The notes: generated from the sequence alone by a model not told the origin. Shown: positions 42,223-52,951, counted from the stretch's first letter. The stretch is DNA of 64,000 nucleotides from an uncultured Clostridia bacterium (GCA_964543295.1 CAZIXA010000007.1:8295-72294); one strand, 5' to 3'. Translations and numbers: made by a program.

Positions 42223-43290
42223 TTACGGTTTGATGACCACCTTTATCGCTCCTCCTATCCTTTTAACAAAAGTCTCCATTGCTTCGTTTATCTTCTCCAG
42301 AGAAAAAACATGAGTTATAAGAGGCTCTGCCTTAATTCTGCCATCTGCCATTAAAGGAACTGCTCTTTCCAGATTCCACATCCCTTCAGCTTTTCCACCA
42401 GCTAAAGATAAATTCCACTGAACAACTTTATTTAAATTAAGAGTCACTGGCTCCTGGTAGATGCCCACCAGAACAATCCTCGCTCCTTTTTTGATGAGAT
42501 CTATGGCTTGAGCTGAGGCTCGAGGATCCCCTGAACACTCAACGACTACATCTGCTCCAAGCCCGCCGGTAAGCTCATTTATCTTTTTCACTGGGTCATC
42601 CTGACGAATGTTGATAGTCTCATCAGCGCCAACCTCTCTGCCTACTTTCAGTCTTGACTCTCGATTTCCGGTGAGAATGACCCTACCTGCCCCCAGTGCT
42701 TTAGCAACCTGCACTCCCATCAGTCCAATCGGTCCTGGACCGGTAACAACCACTGTCTCTCCCGGCCTAATCCCCCCAATCCTTTCTATCCCGAACATAA
42801 CAGTTCCGGCAGTAGTAATTAGAGTTGCATCTTCATAGGAGAGCTTCTCTGGTATCCTATGAAGAGTGTTGATGTGATTAACTGCATATTCAGCGTATCC
42901 TCCATTAGTAGTGAAACCATAATGCCGATGTCCTTTTGCTATATTGCCATAATTTAGACAGATAGTATATAATCCTCTAATACAGTTCACACACCGGCCA
43001 CACCCTTTGTGTGGTTCAACCGCTACTCTATCTCCCACTTTAAACTCGTCCACTGTTTCTCCAACCTTCACAATCTCACCGGTAAATTCGTGCCCCGGAA
43101 TGTACTCCCCAAAGGGTGGGTTGGATGGCCAACCTTGAGAAATTATGTGAGGGTCTGTACCACAAATAGCACAGGCTTTCACTTTGATTAAAACCTCACT
43201 AGGTCCGGGGGTTGGTACTTCCTTTTTCACTACTCTAAGGTCATTATAGCCAAATAACACAGCCGCTTTCATTTTTTTAGGAATATCCAT
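42223..43290 (-). CDS. Zn-dependent alcohol dehydrogenase (MDR)
   Basis: CAICGTD...GHEFTGE zinc site, CGRCVNC structural zinc, GPGPIG. Confidence 0.9.
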   Translation of the reverse strand: MDIPKKMKAAVLFGYNDLRVVKKEVPTPGPSEVLIKVKACAICGTDPHIISQGWPSNPPFGEYIPGHEFTGEIVKVGETVDEFKVGDRVAVEPHKGCGRCVNCIRGLYTICLNYGNIAKGHRHYGFTTNGGYAEYAVNHINTLHRIPEKLSYEDATLITTAGTVMFGIERIGGIRPGETVVVTGPGPIGLMGVQVAKALGAGRVILTGNRESRLKVGREVGADETINIRQDDPVKKINELTGGLGADVVVECSGDPRASAQAIDLIKKGARIVLVGIYQEPVTLNLNKVVQWNLSLAGGKAEGMWNLERAVPLMADGRIKAEPLITHVFSLEKINEAMETFVKRIGGAIKVVIKP

Positions 43291-43377
43291 TTTTATTTCC
43301 TTCCTGGCTTTAAGAATTTAGCTACTTATAGTTTTCGTGCATTCCATCTTTCGGATGTCTCTCAAGTTAATCTAGAC

Positions 43378-44430
43378 TCAATTTGCTTCCGGCTCTACTT
43401 CAAAAGACAATTGAACCTTAACAGCCCGAGCATCCTCTTTACTTAACTTAAATGCATCTTGAGCATTCTGGAAGGAAAATTTATGAGTAATAAGCGAGCT
43501 AGCATAGTCTTGATTATTTTTTAAAAATTGAAGAACCTGGGAGAAATTTCCTGTCCCCCCGATACTCCCTATCAATCTGATCGCTTTTAAGGTTACCAGT
43601 CTAAAGTTTATCTCTGAGGGCGGTATAAAGCCTATATTTAGGATAGTCCCTAAAGGTCTAACCAGATCCAAGGCATTATTAAAGGCCTTTGGGGAACCGC
43701 TACTTTCGATAATGATATCGTAGGTAATTTTAGAATAGAAATCTTTATATTTTTTACCGACCTGAAGTTCCTCTTTAAAAAGATCCAAATTGTCGGGTAT
43801 TTTTGACCCTAGGCCTTCTGCTAATTTTAGCCTAAAATCCAGAAGATCGAAAAGCTCTACTTTTTTAGTCTTATGAATTTTCTTTAAGACCATCAAAGTA
43901 GAAAGACCAATAGTCCCAGCACCCAGCACCAGGATTCTTTTACCTGAAATATCGCCTAACTTCTCCAGGGCATGAGCAGCAACAGCTACTGGTTCTGCAA
44001 GGGAAGCTAAACCTGGATCCAAATTTTCAGGCAGCTTATAAAGATACTTTTCATCTTGAATAAAATACTCTCTCGAAGCACCATCCATAGTTATGCCGAA
44101 CTTCTGGATATTCTCACAAAGGTTCTTGTCTTGCTGGCAATATTGGCATCGGCCGCAGTAGATAGAACAATCTCCTGTTACCATATCACCTATGTCCAGG
44201 CTTTTTACTTTCCTCCCCTTTCTTATAACTATTCCAGACCATTCATGGCCGAAATACAAAGGATAGCCATGAGGTCCTGTATAACTTCCATAATAAAGAT
44301 GAATATCAGAGCCACAAATACCAACGTTATTTACTTTTAAAAGAACCTGGGTTTCTTGAGGTTCTACCACTTCACTTTCGATAATCTTAAGCTGGCCGGG
44401 TTTTTCAATCATTACCCCTTTACTCTTCAT
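43378..44430 (-). CDS. Zn-dependent alcohol dehydrogenase (MDR)
   Basis: GICGSD...GHEWSG, CGRCQYC, GAGTIG. Confidence 0.88.
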   Translation of the reverse strand: MKSKGVMIEKPGQLKIIESEVVEPQETQVLLKVNNVGICGSDIHLYYGSYTGPHGYPLYFGHEWSGIVIRKGRKVKSLDIGDMVTGDCSIYCGRCQYCQQDKNLCENIQKFGITMDGASREYFIQDEKYLYKLPENLDPGLASLAEPVAVAAHALEKLGDISGKRILVLGAGTIGLSTLMVLKKIHKTKKVELFDLLDFRLKLAEGLGSKIPDNLDLFKEELQVGKKYKDFYSKITYDIIIESSGSPKAFNNALDLVRPLGTILNIGFIPPSEINFRLVTLKAIRLIGSIGGTGNFSQVLQFLKNNQDYASSLITHKFSFQNAQDAFKLSKEDARAVKVQLSFEVEPEAN

Positions 44431-44443
44431 TCTATTATTTACC

Positions 44444-45220
44444 TCATTCCTTTTTTTCTGGAAATATTTTCATCATAATCTCTTTGCAGGCCTCATAGAA
44501 AATCCCTACATCTACAGAAAATCCTATATACTGGACTCCTAAATTAATCCACTTTCTAGCAGTTTCTACATCATCTGCAAAAGTCCCCACAGCTACTCCT
44601 TTTTTCCTGGTAGATGAAATCACATGGTTCATTTTTTCAGTTACTAGCGGATGATTGACCTGACCTGGTAATCCCAGCGACTGAGAAAGATCGTATGGCC
44701 CGATGAAGACAACATCTACTCCCTCTACTGACAATATCCTTTCTAAATTATTTATCCCCTCCACCCCTTCAATGTGGAGTATGATCATGGTTTCCTTGTT
44801 GGCTGTTTCGAAATGTTTAAAACGATCTAGGGCAGAATATTGAGCAGCTCTTACAAAACGACAAACTCCTCGCTCACCAACAGGAGCAAACTTCGCCGCA
44901 CGTACTACCTTTAAAGCATCTTCTTTGCAACTAATGTGGGGAACCTCGACACCTTCTGCCCCAATATCTAATATCTTTAGAATGGTAGCTGGATCATTAT
45001 TTTTGACCCTAATGATAGGGGTGATTTCTGCATAAGAGGCAGCTCTCACTAGATTTTGAGCTGTCTCTATGGAGACAGGCCCATGCTCTGTATCAATAAT
45101 TACGAAGTTAAACCCTGCATATCCTGCAATTTCCATTACTGCTGGATCCGTTATCTTCATAAATGGCCCCACCGCTACTCCTCCCTCTTTGATAAGCCTT
45201 TTTAACTTGTTCTCTTTCAA
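44444..45220 (-). CDS. HpcH/HpaI family 2-keto-3-deoxy-sugar-acid aldolase
   Basis: 258 aa, HpcH aldolase fold; N-terminus duplicated at 56998-57082. Confidence 0.85.
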   Translation of the reverse strand: MKENKLKRLIKEGGVAVGPFMKITDPAVMEIAGYAGFNFVIIDTEHGPVSIETAQNLVRAASYAEITPIIRVKNNDPATILKILDIGAEGVEVPHISCKEDALKVVRAAKFAPVGERGVCRFVRAAQYSALDRFKHFETANKETMIILHIEGVEGINNLERILSVEGVDVVFIGPYDLSQSLGLPGQVNHPLVTEKMNHVISSTRKKGVAVGTFADDVETARKWINLGVQYIGFSVDVGIFYEACKEIMMKIFPEKKE

Positions 45221-45593
45221 TGTTTTTCCCTGACCCCCTAATAGACAGAAGTAGTTCCTCGAGTCTTATTATATCCCAATCGCGTGGAAATATTCTCACA
45301 CGTTTGGATTAGAGTTTCCTTTAACTTTCTTTTCTTGCTAGCATTCATACGGAAAGCAGGAAGGGAGATACTAACAGCCGCCATCACTTCGCCGCGATGA
45401 TCTTTTATAGGAGCAGCCAAACAATGGACATCTCTCTCGTGTTCTCCCCTATCCTCGGCAAAACCCTGGTGTCTAACTTTGCTCAGTTCTTCTCTTAACT
45501 TTTTTTTGTCGGTTATAGTATTCTTAGTGAAACGGGGAAGTCCTTTTTCTTCTATAATTTTTTTTTGTTCTTCTTCGTTAAGGTTAGCTAACA
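45136..45593. repeat. 458-bp perfect direct repeat, copy A (aldolase N-terminus to IclR C-terminus)
   Basis: Identical to 56998-57455 by direct comparison. Confidence 0.9.
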
Positions 45594-45606
45594 AAGTGAG
45601 GTGCAT
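45238..45606 (-). pseudogene. IclR-family regulator C-terminal fragment (duplicate of 57100..57456)
   Basis: 115-aa C-terminus identical to the complete IclR at 57100..57900; N-terminus replaced at the IS3 junction. Confidence 0.8.
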
Positions 45607-46900
45607 CCCTATGACTGGCCAGATTAAGTTAGAGTAATCTGATAGGGTGCAGTTGATTTTTGATTTTCCATCAATAGTTCCTTAAACTCATTCGGTGGAC
45701 AATAACCCCAATGAGGAGTGCAGTCGTTTTTCATTGTACACATCTCTAATAAAATGGGAAATTCTTCTTTCAGCATCCTCTATGGTCTTGTATTCCCAGA
45801 GATATACTTCTTCATCCTTTAGAGTTTTTAAGAAGCTCTCGCAGGTAGCATTGTCATAGGGATTTCCTTTTCTGGACTTGACTTTTTTGAAAACCATATT
45901 TTTTCAGCTCATTGACATACTCAGATGAGGCGTACTGAATTCCTCGATCAGAATGGTGAATACAGCCTGAAGCTCCCGCTTCTATCCCTTATGGCCATCC
46001 ACAAAGCGGAAAGGGTTAGTTTGGTGTCTATATGTCTTGATAAAGCATATCCTTTTGACTTCTCGGGAGTAAAGATCCAGAATGATGGCCAAATAGACAA
46101 AGTCTGTTAGAATCCGAATGTAGGTAATATCAGAAACCTAGATCTGGTTTATGGAAGTGATCACCAAGTCCTTAATGAGATTAGGAAATACGGGATAAGA
46201 ATGGTTAGCATCGGTGGTCCTAACCCTTCGTTTTCTAATCCGGCAGAGGAGATCATTTTCTCGCATTACCCTGAGTACCCTCTTGTGGTTAACTATCCAG
46301 CTTTCTCGTTGTAGCTGTTTAGTTACTCTTCGATATCCATAGCGGGGAAAATCCAGACAGATTCTCTCTATTTGATCCCGCAGATCCCTCTCCTCTTTAA
46401 GCTGCTCTAAGGACTTTTCCTTAGGTTTATAGTAAAGGGTGCTTCGGGCGATTTTTATCAATTCGCACCCCCTTTGGACACTTTTGACAAGGGAGTTATG
46501 AGTGGTAATGAACTCTCTTTTTTCTCTTGTTCCTTGAGGGTATTTTGCAAGGCTTTTTTTAAAAACTCATTCTCCAGAGTCAATTTCCCTCCTCATCTCT
46601 CCAGCTTATTGATCCTATCGAGTAGTGCCTCTTCCTGGGTGGGTTCGTTATTAAATTTACCCCTTGCATACTGTTTTTTCCAATGATACACAAGACCCGA
46701 TGAGAGATTATATCTTCTCGGAAGCTCGAGCAGGCCCGGTGGTTCCACTGAGCATTTCCTCCACAACTTGTCGCTTGAATTCGACCGTAAAGGTTCTGGG
46801 CTTTCTCATTGACAGGCTCCTTTCCATCCCTTTTGGGATTTATTTGACCCTGTCAGCAATACTACCAACTCTAACCCAATTTGTCCAATTTTAGGAGTGC
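45600..46900 (-). mobile_element. IS3-family insertion sequence, decayed (orfA and orfB frameshifted)
   Basis: orfB pieces 45688..45897 and 46138..46461 (integrase core); orfA about 46560..46809 with leucine zipper LENEFLKKAL and A6G slippery heptamer continuing in the -1 frame into orfB; extra frameshifts in both. Confidence 0.75.
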
Positions 46901-46997
46901 TCTCCATACTTGAATATTTAAATTCTCTTAGTATAAGGGGGTTAGAGCCATTTTATCAAAGATCCTTTACTAATAAGGCTTTGAGCTCAATTTGGGA

Positions 46998-47186
46998 CTA
47001 ATTTTTGCCAAAGTCTTGCCTGATTACAGGAGTTATGCCAGTTAGCTCAGCAGCACGAATTAGATTCTGGGCACTTTGGATGGAATGAGGTCCATCTTCA
47101 AGGTTCATTATTACAAAGTCAAATCCACTGTAAGCTGCAATCTCTATGACTGCAGGATCTATTAATTTAACAAAAGACCCGTACAA
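46998..47186 (-). pseudogene. HpcH-family aldolase N-terminal fragment
   Basis: 62 aa similar to the N-terminus of 44444..45220, then diverges and stops. Confidence 0.55.
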
Positions 47187-47278
47187 GATTTTACTTCCTC
47201 TAGTTTTTGTTTTATTTGGTTTTCTTTTATCCCTCCCAAAAAAACAACTCCCCTGATAATTTTAGTTATTGCAATTTA

Positions 47279-47743
47279 TCATTCTCTTACCTTTACTATC
47301 ATCTCCAGCTCAACGGTTATGTTTCTAGGCAAGCTCGATGTTCCCAGAGCACAGCGAGCGTGTTTTCCCTTCTCACCAAATATTTTCTCCAGAAACTCTG
47401 ATGCTCCATTAATTACTTCTGGTTGCTTTCCAAAATCTGGAGCACTGTTCACAAAACCTCGTACCTGAACAATCTCTTCTATCCTATCCACACTACCAAC
47501 CAGATCTTTTACCGCAGCAAGACAGTTAAGGGCACATATTTTTGCCGCCTCATAACCTTCTTCCAGTGCTTTCTCCGCACCTACTTTGCCTGTGTGGATA
47601 AATTTGCCTTCTACAGAAGGTCCCTGCCCTGAGCAAAATACCAGGTTTCCCACTTTTTTAGCCGGAATGTAAGCGGCTGCAGGTTTGGGTACCTCAGGAA
47701 GCGTGATCTCCATCTCTTTTAATTTCTCTTCATAACCTGACAT
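47279..47743 (-). CDS. RidA/YjgF-family enamine/imine deaminase
   Basis: 154-aa YjgF/chorismate-mutase-like fold sequence. Confidence 0.85.
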   Translation of the reverse strand: MSGYEEKLKEMEITLPEVPKPAAAYIPAKKVGNLVFCSGQGPSVEGKFIHTGKVGAEKALEEGYEAAKICALNCLAAVKDLVGSVDRIEEIVQVRGFVNSAPDFGKQPEVINGASEFLEKIFGEKGKHARCALGTSSLPRNITVELEMIVKVRE

Positions 47744-47756
47744 AAAAGATCCTCCT

Positions 47757-49004
47757 CTATGTAAGTTTTTGCTCTAAGAAATTTTCCACTTCCTTTAGAT
47801 TAGGCTCAAGTTCTCTAGGTGGAATCTCAACATATTTCTCTATAGTATAAGCATCTTTAAACCCTGAACCTGTTACCATACAGATAACACTATCGTTTTC
47901 TTTTAAAATGCCTTGTTCTTTAAGTTTTTTTAAGCTGGCAAGTGAAGAGACGCCTGTAAGTTCGGCAAATATACCGACAAACCTTGAAAGATTTTGTACA
48001 CTTTCAATTAAACTTTCATCATCAACTGCAACTGCTACCCCTCCACTTTCTTTTATAATGTGCAAAGTCAAGGTTCCATCATCAGAATAACCCTGAAGAG
48101 GATCGGCAATGCCGGAGGCAATGGTACGTGGAGTTCCCCAGGCTTTTACTTCCAGATCTTCTCTCTCAAAAGCTCTAACGATAGGAGCACATCCTTTTAC
48201 CTGTACAGCTACCATAGCAGGAAGTTTATCCACCAACCCCAGCTCTCTGAGTTCCTTGTACCCTTTGTAAATTCCTACCAGCAAGGGTCCTGCCCCCACA
48301 GGGACTACAATCCAATCCGGCACTAACTTGAGCTGCTGATAAAGCTCATAAGCTATTGTTTTATCACCTTCGGTGGCAAAAGGATTTAGAAAAGTGGAGG
48401 TTAAGTTCACCCATTCATATTTTCGAGCAAGCTCCCTGGCAAGATTAAAGCAATCACTGATAGTACCTTTTATCTTAAGTAGAATTGCTCCCGAACACAC
48501 CATAGATAAAAGTTTATTTCTGGGTGTAGTGGAAGGAACGACGATTATTGCCTTCATTCCTGCTTTTGCAGCATAACTGGCAACTGCAACTCCTGCATTA
48601 CCACTGGAAGAAGTTATGACTGTATCCGTTCCTTCTTCCCTCGCTTTAGAAATGGCACAGGATATCGGTCTATCTTTGAAAGAACCAGTAGGGTTTCTGG
48701 TTTCATCCTTGAGGTAAACATTAAAAAGATTCATTAATGCACCGAACCTCTCATAATGAAAAAGTGGGGTATCACCTTCTCTCAAAGTTACAATACTCTC
48801 TTTATTTTTCACAGGCAGAAAACCCTTAAATTTCCACATTCCTTCTTTTTTCATCATTGTAAGCTGTGAACCAAACCCCTTCGTTTTCATAGCCTCGTAA
48901 TCATACTCAACATCCAGGATCCCTTTACATTTTAAGCAGTTGTATCTTGTGAGGAGGGAATACTCTTGTCCACATCTCAAACATTTAAGTTTTGTGGCGA
49001 ACAT
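47757..49004 (-). CDS. Threonine synthase-like PLP-dependent (fold type II) enzyme
   Basis: N-terminal Cys4 zinc ribbon; PLP lysine motif TGSFKDR; GNAG. Confidence 0.85.
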   Translation of the reverse strand: MFATKLKCLRCGQEYSLLTRYNCLKCKGILDVEYDYEAMKTKGFGSQLTMMKKEGMWKFKGFLPVKNKESIVTLREGDTPLFHYERFGALMNLFNVYLKDETRNPTGSFKDRPISCAISKAREEGTDTVITSSSGNAGVAVASYAAKAGMKAIIVVPSTTPRNKLLSMVCSGAILLKIKGTISDCFNLARELARKYEWVNLTSTFLNPFATEGDKTIAYELYQQLKLVPDWIVVPVGAGPLLVGIYKGYKELRELGLVDKLPAMVAVQVKGCAPIVRAFEREDLEVKAWGTPRTIASGIADPLQGYSDDGTLTLHIIKESGGVAVAVDDESLIESVQNLSRFVGIFAELTGVSSLASLKKLKEQGILKENDSVICMVTGSGFKDAYTIEKYVEIPPRELEPNLKEVENFLEQKLT

Positions 49005-49183
49005 AATCTATCCTTTTCCCGTATTTTTTTCCATAGCATTTTACCCGGGAGTTCCCCCGTAAACTCACCCTTTTGAAAGACTATTCTTCCTGATACCATC
49101 ACATACTCAATTCCCATTGGAGAAGTGCAGAGCTCAGCAAGAGTTGCTTTATCTGTAATCCTGTCAGAGTCCAGTACCACCAA
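48977..49183 (-). pseudogene. Amidohydrolase (D-aminoacylase-like) C-terminal remnant
   Basis: 68-aa C-terminal fragment only; upstream reading frame broken. Confidence 0.45.
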
Positions 49184-49526
49184 ATCTGCAAGGCAGCCCT
49201 CTTTTATTCTGCCATTAGGGGAAATGCCTAAGATATTTGCGGCAGATGTGTTTTAAACGTAGCTTTTGTACAAATAATGGCTAAAACCTCAAAAAATAAA
49301 ATACTTAGGACAAATATAATTTAAAACAAAAATTCTTCGCTCAAATTAGCATCTCTCAAGCAAAAAAGCTGCCGAAAATTTGGCACACTTTCCTGCTTTT
49401 TTCTTTTAACACTTTAGAGAAAGACATTAAAAACAATTAAGCCATACGCAAAAAGTCCTCCTTCTCAAAGTTTTAACAGTTACTTTCCGAGCCTAAACAG
49501 ACTACACAATAACTTCATAGCCTAAA

Positions 49527-51377
49527 TCACATTGGGAGTAGATCTTTGAGTTCCCCTAAACCTAACTCCTCAAGTTTGTTCCTCGTTGGACCAAATTGAT
49601 TGAATCCCCGCAGTTGGTAGTATTTATCAATGGCTTTCCGCAAAACGTCGGCGGAGATCGGCCGTTTTGCACTTCCTCCTCGAGGAAGCGGTTCCTGAAG
49701 CCGCTTAGGAAGCCGATCGTTCCTTCGGGTATATCCGTCTCTGGCAGTCACTATTTTTCTAATAACGTAGTTCCGTTCACCAATCTTCATCATTTCCTTA
49801 ACTCCGATATCGAAACCGGTAATGCCAGACACCATATTCCTGATTTCACCATAGGGATACTCTTTACTAGTTGAGATATCCCAAGAGACAAACCCGCAGA
49901 TGATAACCGAATTGGAGAAGGAATAGAGATCTTCATAAAGCTTACATAGGTAAGGTTTGCCTTGCCAGTCAAATCGACCCACAGCTTTCGTTATACCTAA
50001 CTCAGGAGTTGGTGAGTCCACTTCCATCATGGTGTCGTGAACAGCCTCGAGATGAGTTGCTCCTCGGGGGCTGGTCGCATAACTAATGGCCAAACCGACT
50101 TTTCCTCGTGGATCGTGCATGGCTGCCTCCAAACCTTTGGCATGCACGGCAAAATCATTACCTCCTATTTCTTCAGCAACCTTAGCCAGTCCACGAGCTA
50201 AAAAATCACCCAGCCCTTCACGGTGAGCAATCTGATCTATTAATTGTATTATATCACTGGCGTTTCCCCACCGCGGACCTTTCATAAGACCACGTTCTGT
50301 TGCTTCCATGGCAAAAGCTATTAGATTCCCGGTGCTTATTGTATCAAGACCGTACTGATTGCACTTTTGATTGGCAAGGGCGACAGCAGAAAGATTATCA
50401 TTTAAGCACAGTGATCCAAAAGCTGCTAACGTCTCGTACTCAGGACCTCCGTATTCAGGAATTACCTTTTGATTTTTAAATTTCGTTTCGACAATGCGAT
50501 CGCATCGCACCACGCATCCTGAACATGCGGTACGCTTGACAAGGATAGTTTTTGCCATGATCTCTCCACTTATCTTGGGGGCTCCCTCAAAAATCCCTTC
50601 CTGGAAATTCTTAGTAGGTAACATACCAAGACCATTCAAAGGATTTACTCCTCCAGCTGTACCGTACTTGTCCAGACTTTGAATGTAAGGATTTCTCAAA
50701 ATGAGTCTGTGAAAATTGTTTCTCGCTTTCTTGAAATATTCAATATCTGCGAGTGTTTTACTCTTACTTCCCCTTACTACTACAGCTTTCAACCTTTTTG
50801 CTCCCAACACAGCTCCCCAACCTGGGCGTCCGTGAGCTCTAAAGGTATCGCCCATTATGCACGCAAAAGTCACCAGTTTCTCTCCTGCCGGCCCGATGCA
50901 AGCAACTTTTGCATCGGGATGTTGCCTCTGCAAATCCATCACCGTTTCTCTCACGTCCAAACCCCACAATCGTGTGGCATCATGAATTTTGGCCTTCCCG
51001 TCCAAAAGAGATATGTACTTGGGGTCCTTAGCTGCTCCCCTGATGATAATCCCATCGTAGCCAGAGGTTCCGAGCTCGTATCCAAAATAGCCACCCGCAT
51101 AAGACTCATTTATGGTTCCCGTTTTGGGAGACTTACTCATCACTAGATATTTACTAGCTCCGGCAGCTCTCATACCTTGAAGGGGACCCGTTCCAAAAAC
51201 AACAATGTTCTCCGGTCCGAGAGGATCCTCCCCACCTTTTAGCTCACTTAGCAATATTCTCGTACCAATCCCCCTACCTCCAAGGTGTTTTTCCATCCAA
51301 TCTGTTGGAATTTCATAATCCCTCAGGGTGTTAGTCGTGAGATCCACCTCAAGATATCTTCCAAAATATCCTTTCAT
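49527..51377 (-). CDS. Aldehyde:ferredoxin oxidoreductase (tungsten-containing AOR family)
   Basis: 616 aa; AOR N-terminal domain and C-terminal pterin/[4Fe-4S]-binding domains with CxxC. Confidence 0.92.
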   Translation of the reverse strand: MKGYFGRYLEVDLTTNTLRDYEIPTDWMEKHLGGRGIGTRILLSELKGGEDPLGPENIVVFGTGPLQGMRAAGASKYLVMSKSPKTGTINESYAGGYFGYELGTSGYDGIIIRGAAKDPKYISLLDGKAKIHDATRLWGLDVRETVMDLQRQHPDAKVACIGPAGEKLVTFACIMGDTFRAHGRPGWGAVLGAKRLKAVVVRGSKSKTLADIEYFKKARNNFHRLILRNPYIQSLDKYGTAGGVNPLNGLGMLPTKNFQEGIFEGAPKISGEIMAKTILVKRTACSGCVVRCDRIVETKFKNQKVIPEYGGPEYETLAAFGSLCLNDNLSAVALANQKCNQYGLDTISTGNLIAFAMEATERGLMKGPRWGNASDIIQLIDQIAHREGLGDFLARGLAKVAEEIGGNDFAVHAKGLEAAMHDPRGKVGLAISYATSPRGATHLEAVHDTMMEVDSPTPELGITKAVGRFDWQGKPYLCKLYEDLYSFSNSVIICGFVSWDISTSKEYPYGEIRNMVSGITGFDIGVKEMMKIGERNYVIRKIVTARDGYTRRNDRLPKRLQEPLPRGGSAKRPISADVLRKAIDKYYQLRGFNQFGPTRNKLEELGLGELKDLLPM

Positions 51378-51546
51378 TGGTTTAGACCCTTTTGTGATTA
51401 TTTTAAGAATTTCTTTTTCTCAATTGTTAACGAAACGTTTACATACGAAAAAACTGGAGATGTAACACTGTGGGACTACAGCCTTTGTTCAAATATCTAT
51501 ATTTGTTTATGTCGATGCCTTTCTTTGAGCGTTACTCTTGAACTTT

Positions 51547-51570
51547 AGATTGCAGATATTACAGCAATCT
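51547..51570. promoter_or_regulatory. Palindrome AGATTGC-N10-GCAATCT upstream of AOR
   Basis: 7-bp perfect arms, about 170 nt upstream of the AOR start. Confidence 0.2.
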
Positions 51571-51682
51571 TTCATATTTGTTGCGGAACAATTTTCGGGG
51601 TCCTTTCCACCTATCCAAACCTAGCCCACAATTTGAAAAAACACAATTAACTATCACTTAAGATCAGTTCGTGCCGATGATC

Positions 51683-52855
51683 TCAAGGGTGCAAAGCAAT
51701 TTTCATTCCCTCAAGTCTCTTCCCTACTTCCATGGCCTCTTGCGCTTTTTCCAATGGGAATACATGTGTAACCATCTTTTCCAGAGGCCAACCCTGCTTC
51801 AAGGCCATCTCTACAAACTTAAGACAACGATCATAATAGTGTGGCGAACACCCGTATTGACCAACAATAGTGATGTCTTTCCAGCAGATATGTTTGAAGG
51901 GATTAATGGTAATTTCACCAGTGTCCACAAAGGAACCTATCTCTACAAACGTTCCGCCTCTTCGCACCATGTCAATTCCTTCGGGGACAGCTCCTGGAAC
52001 ACCTGTGCAATCTACTACCAAATCCGGCCCCACTTTGCCAGGGCTCCATTTTTTCACCAAGGAGATTCTTTCTTTGGAATCGGTCACTTCGTCGATATTA
52101 ATGAAATGATCGAATAGTCCCAAGCTCTTCGCAATTTCTAGCCGATGAGATGGGGCTCCTACTAGAATGATTTTATAGGCACCGCAAAGTTTTGCCGTCA
52201 TCCCTGCAGCAATGCCAATGGGACCTGCACCTTGTATCGCCACCACATCCGAAGGCCCAAACCCCTCTTTAACAGCAGCATAAGGTTCCATTGCCCTGAT
52301 AACTCCTCCTACCGAAGCGAAGATATCGACCAACAAAGCTGCTTTGTCGGGAATTTCATCTGGTATCTTCCAGACCCAAACTCCAGGTTTGATGAAAACC
52401 TTCTCTGCATACCCTCCGAAAAGGTGTGGAGGAAGCTCAGAACTTGTCTGACCATAGGCAAAGGGACTGGTACAGAGTATTCCAGGATGATTTTGGGGAA
52501 TCCATCGGCAGTACCAACACTTTCCACAGGGAATAGCTCCAAACCAGGTTATTCTATCTCCTACTGATAATCTCTTACCCGTTACCTCCATTTGCTGAGC
52601 CGCACTTTCCCCTACTTTCTCCACTCTCGCAATATTTTCATGACCTAGAATCATGGGTAAAGGAGCATCTTTGTTCTTTCCGTCAAAAAGATGTTTATCT
52701 GTTCCACAGATACCTGCCAAAATCATCTCGACCACCATCGCGTCTTTGTCTACTTCCGGATAAGGAAAGGTTTCGATCTCCAATCGGCCAAACTCCCTCA
52801 TTACAGCTGCTTTTACCCTTCTTTCATTACTCATGGATTTCCCTCCTGTTATCAT
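51683..52855 (-). CDS. Zn-dependent alcohol dehydrogenase (MDR)
   Basis: CGTD...GHE zinc site, CGKCWYC structural zinc, GAGPIG. Confidence 0.9.
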   Translation of the reverse strand: MITGGKSMSNERRVKAAVMREFGRLEIETFPYPEVDKDAMVVEMILAGICGTDKHLFDGKNKDAPLPMILGHENIARVEKVGESAAQQMEVTGKRLSVGDRITWFGAIPCGKCWYCRWIPQNHPGILCTSPFAYGQTSSELPPHLFGGYAEKVFIKPGVWVWKIPDEIPDKAALLVDIFASVGGVIRAMEPYAAVKEGFGPSDVVAIQGAGPIGIAAGMTAKLCGAYKIILVGAPSHRLEIAKSLGLFDHFINIDEVTDSKERISLVKKWSPGKVGPDLVVDCTGVPGAVPEGIDMVRRGGTFVEIGSFVDTGEITINPFKHICWKDITIVGQYGCSPHYYDRCLKFVEMALKQGWPLEKMVTHVFPLEKAQEAMEVGKRLEGMKIALHP

Positions 52856-52951
52856 AAAAGATTAATCTTTTTCCTTTAATAGAAATAGATGATAGAAAGT
52901 AGTACCACAAGGCCAAAAAAACCTATCATCCAAGACCTACCTGAACAAGCT

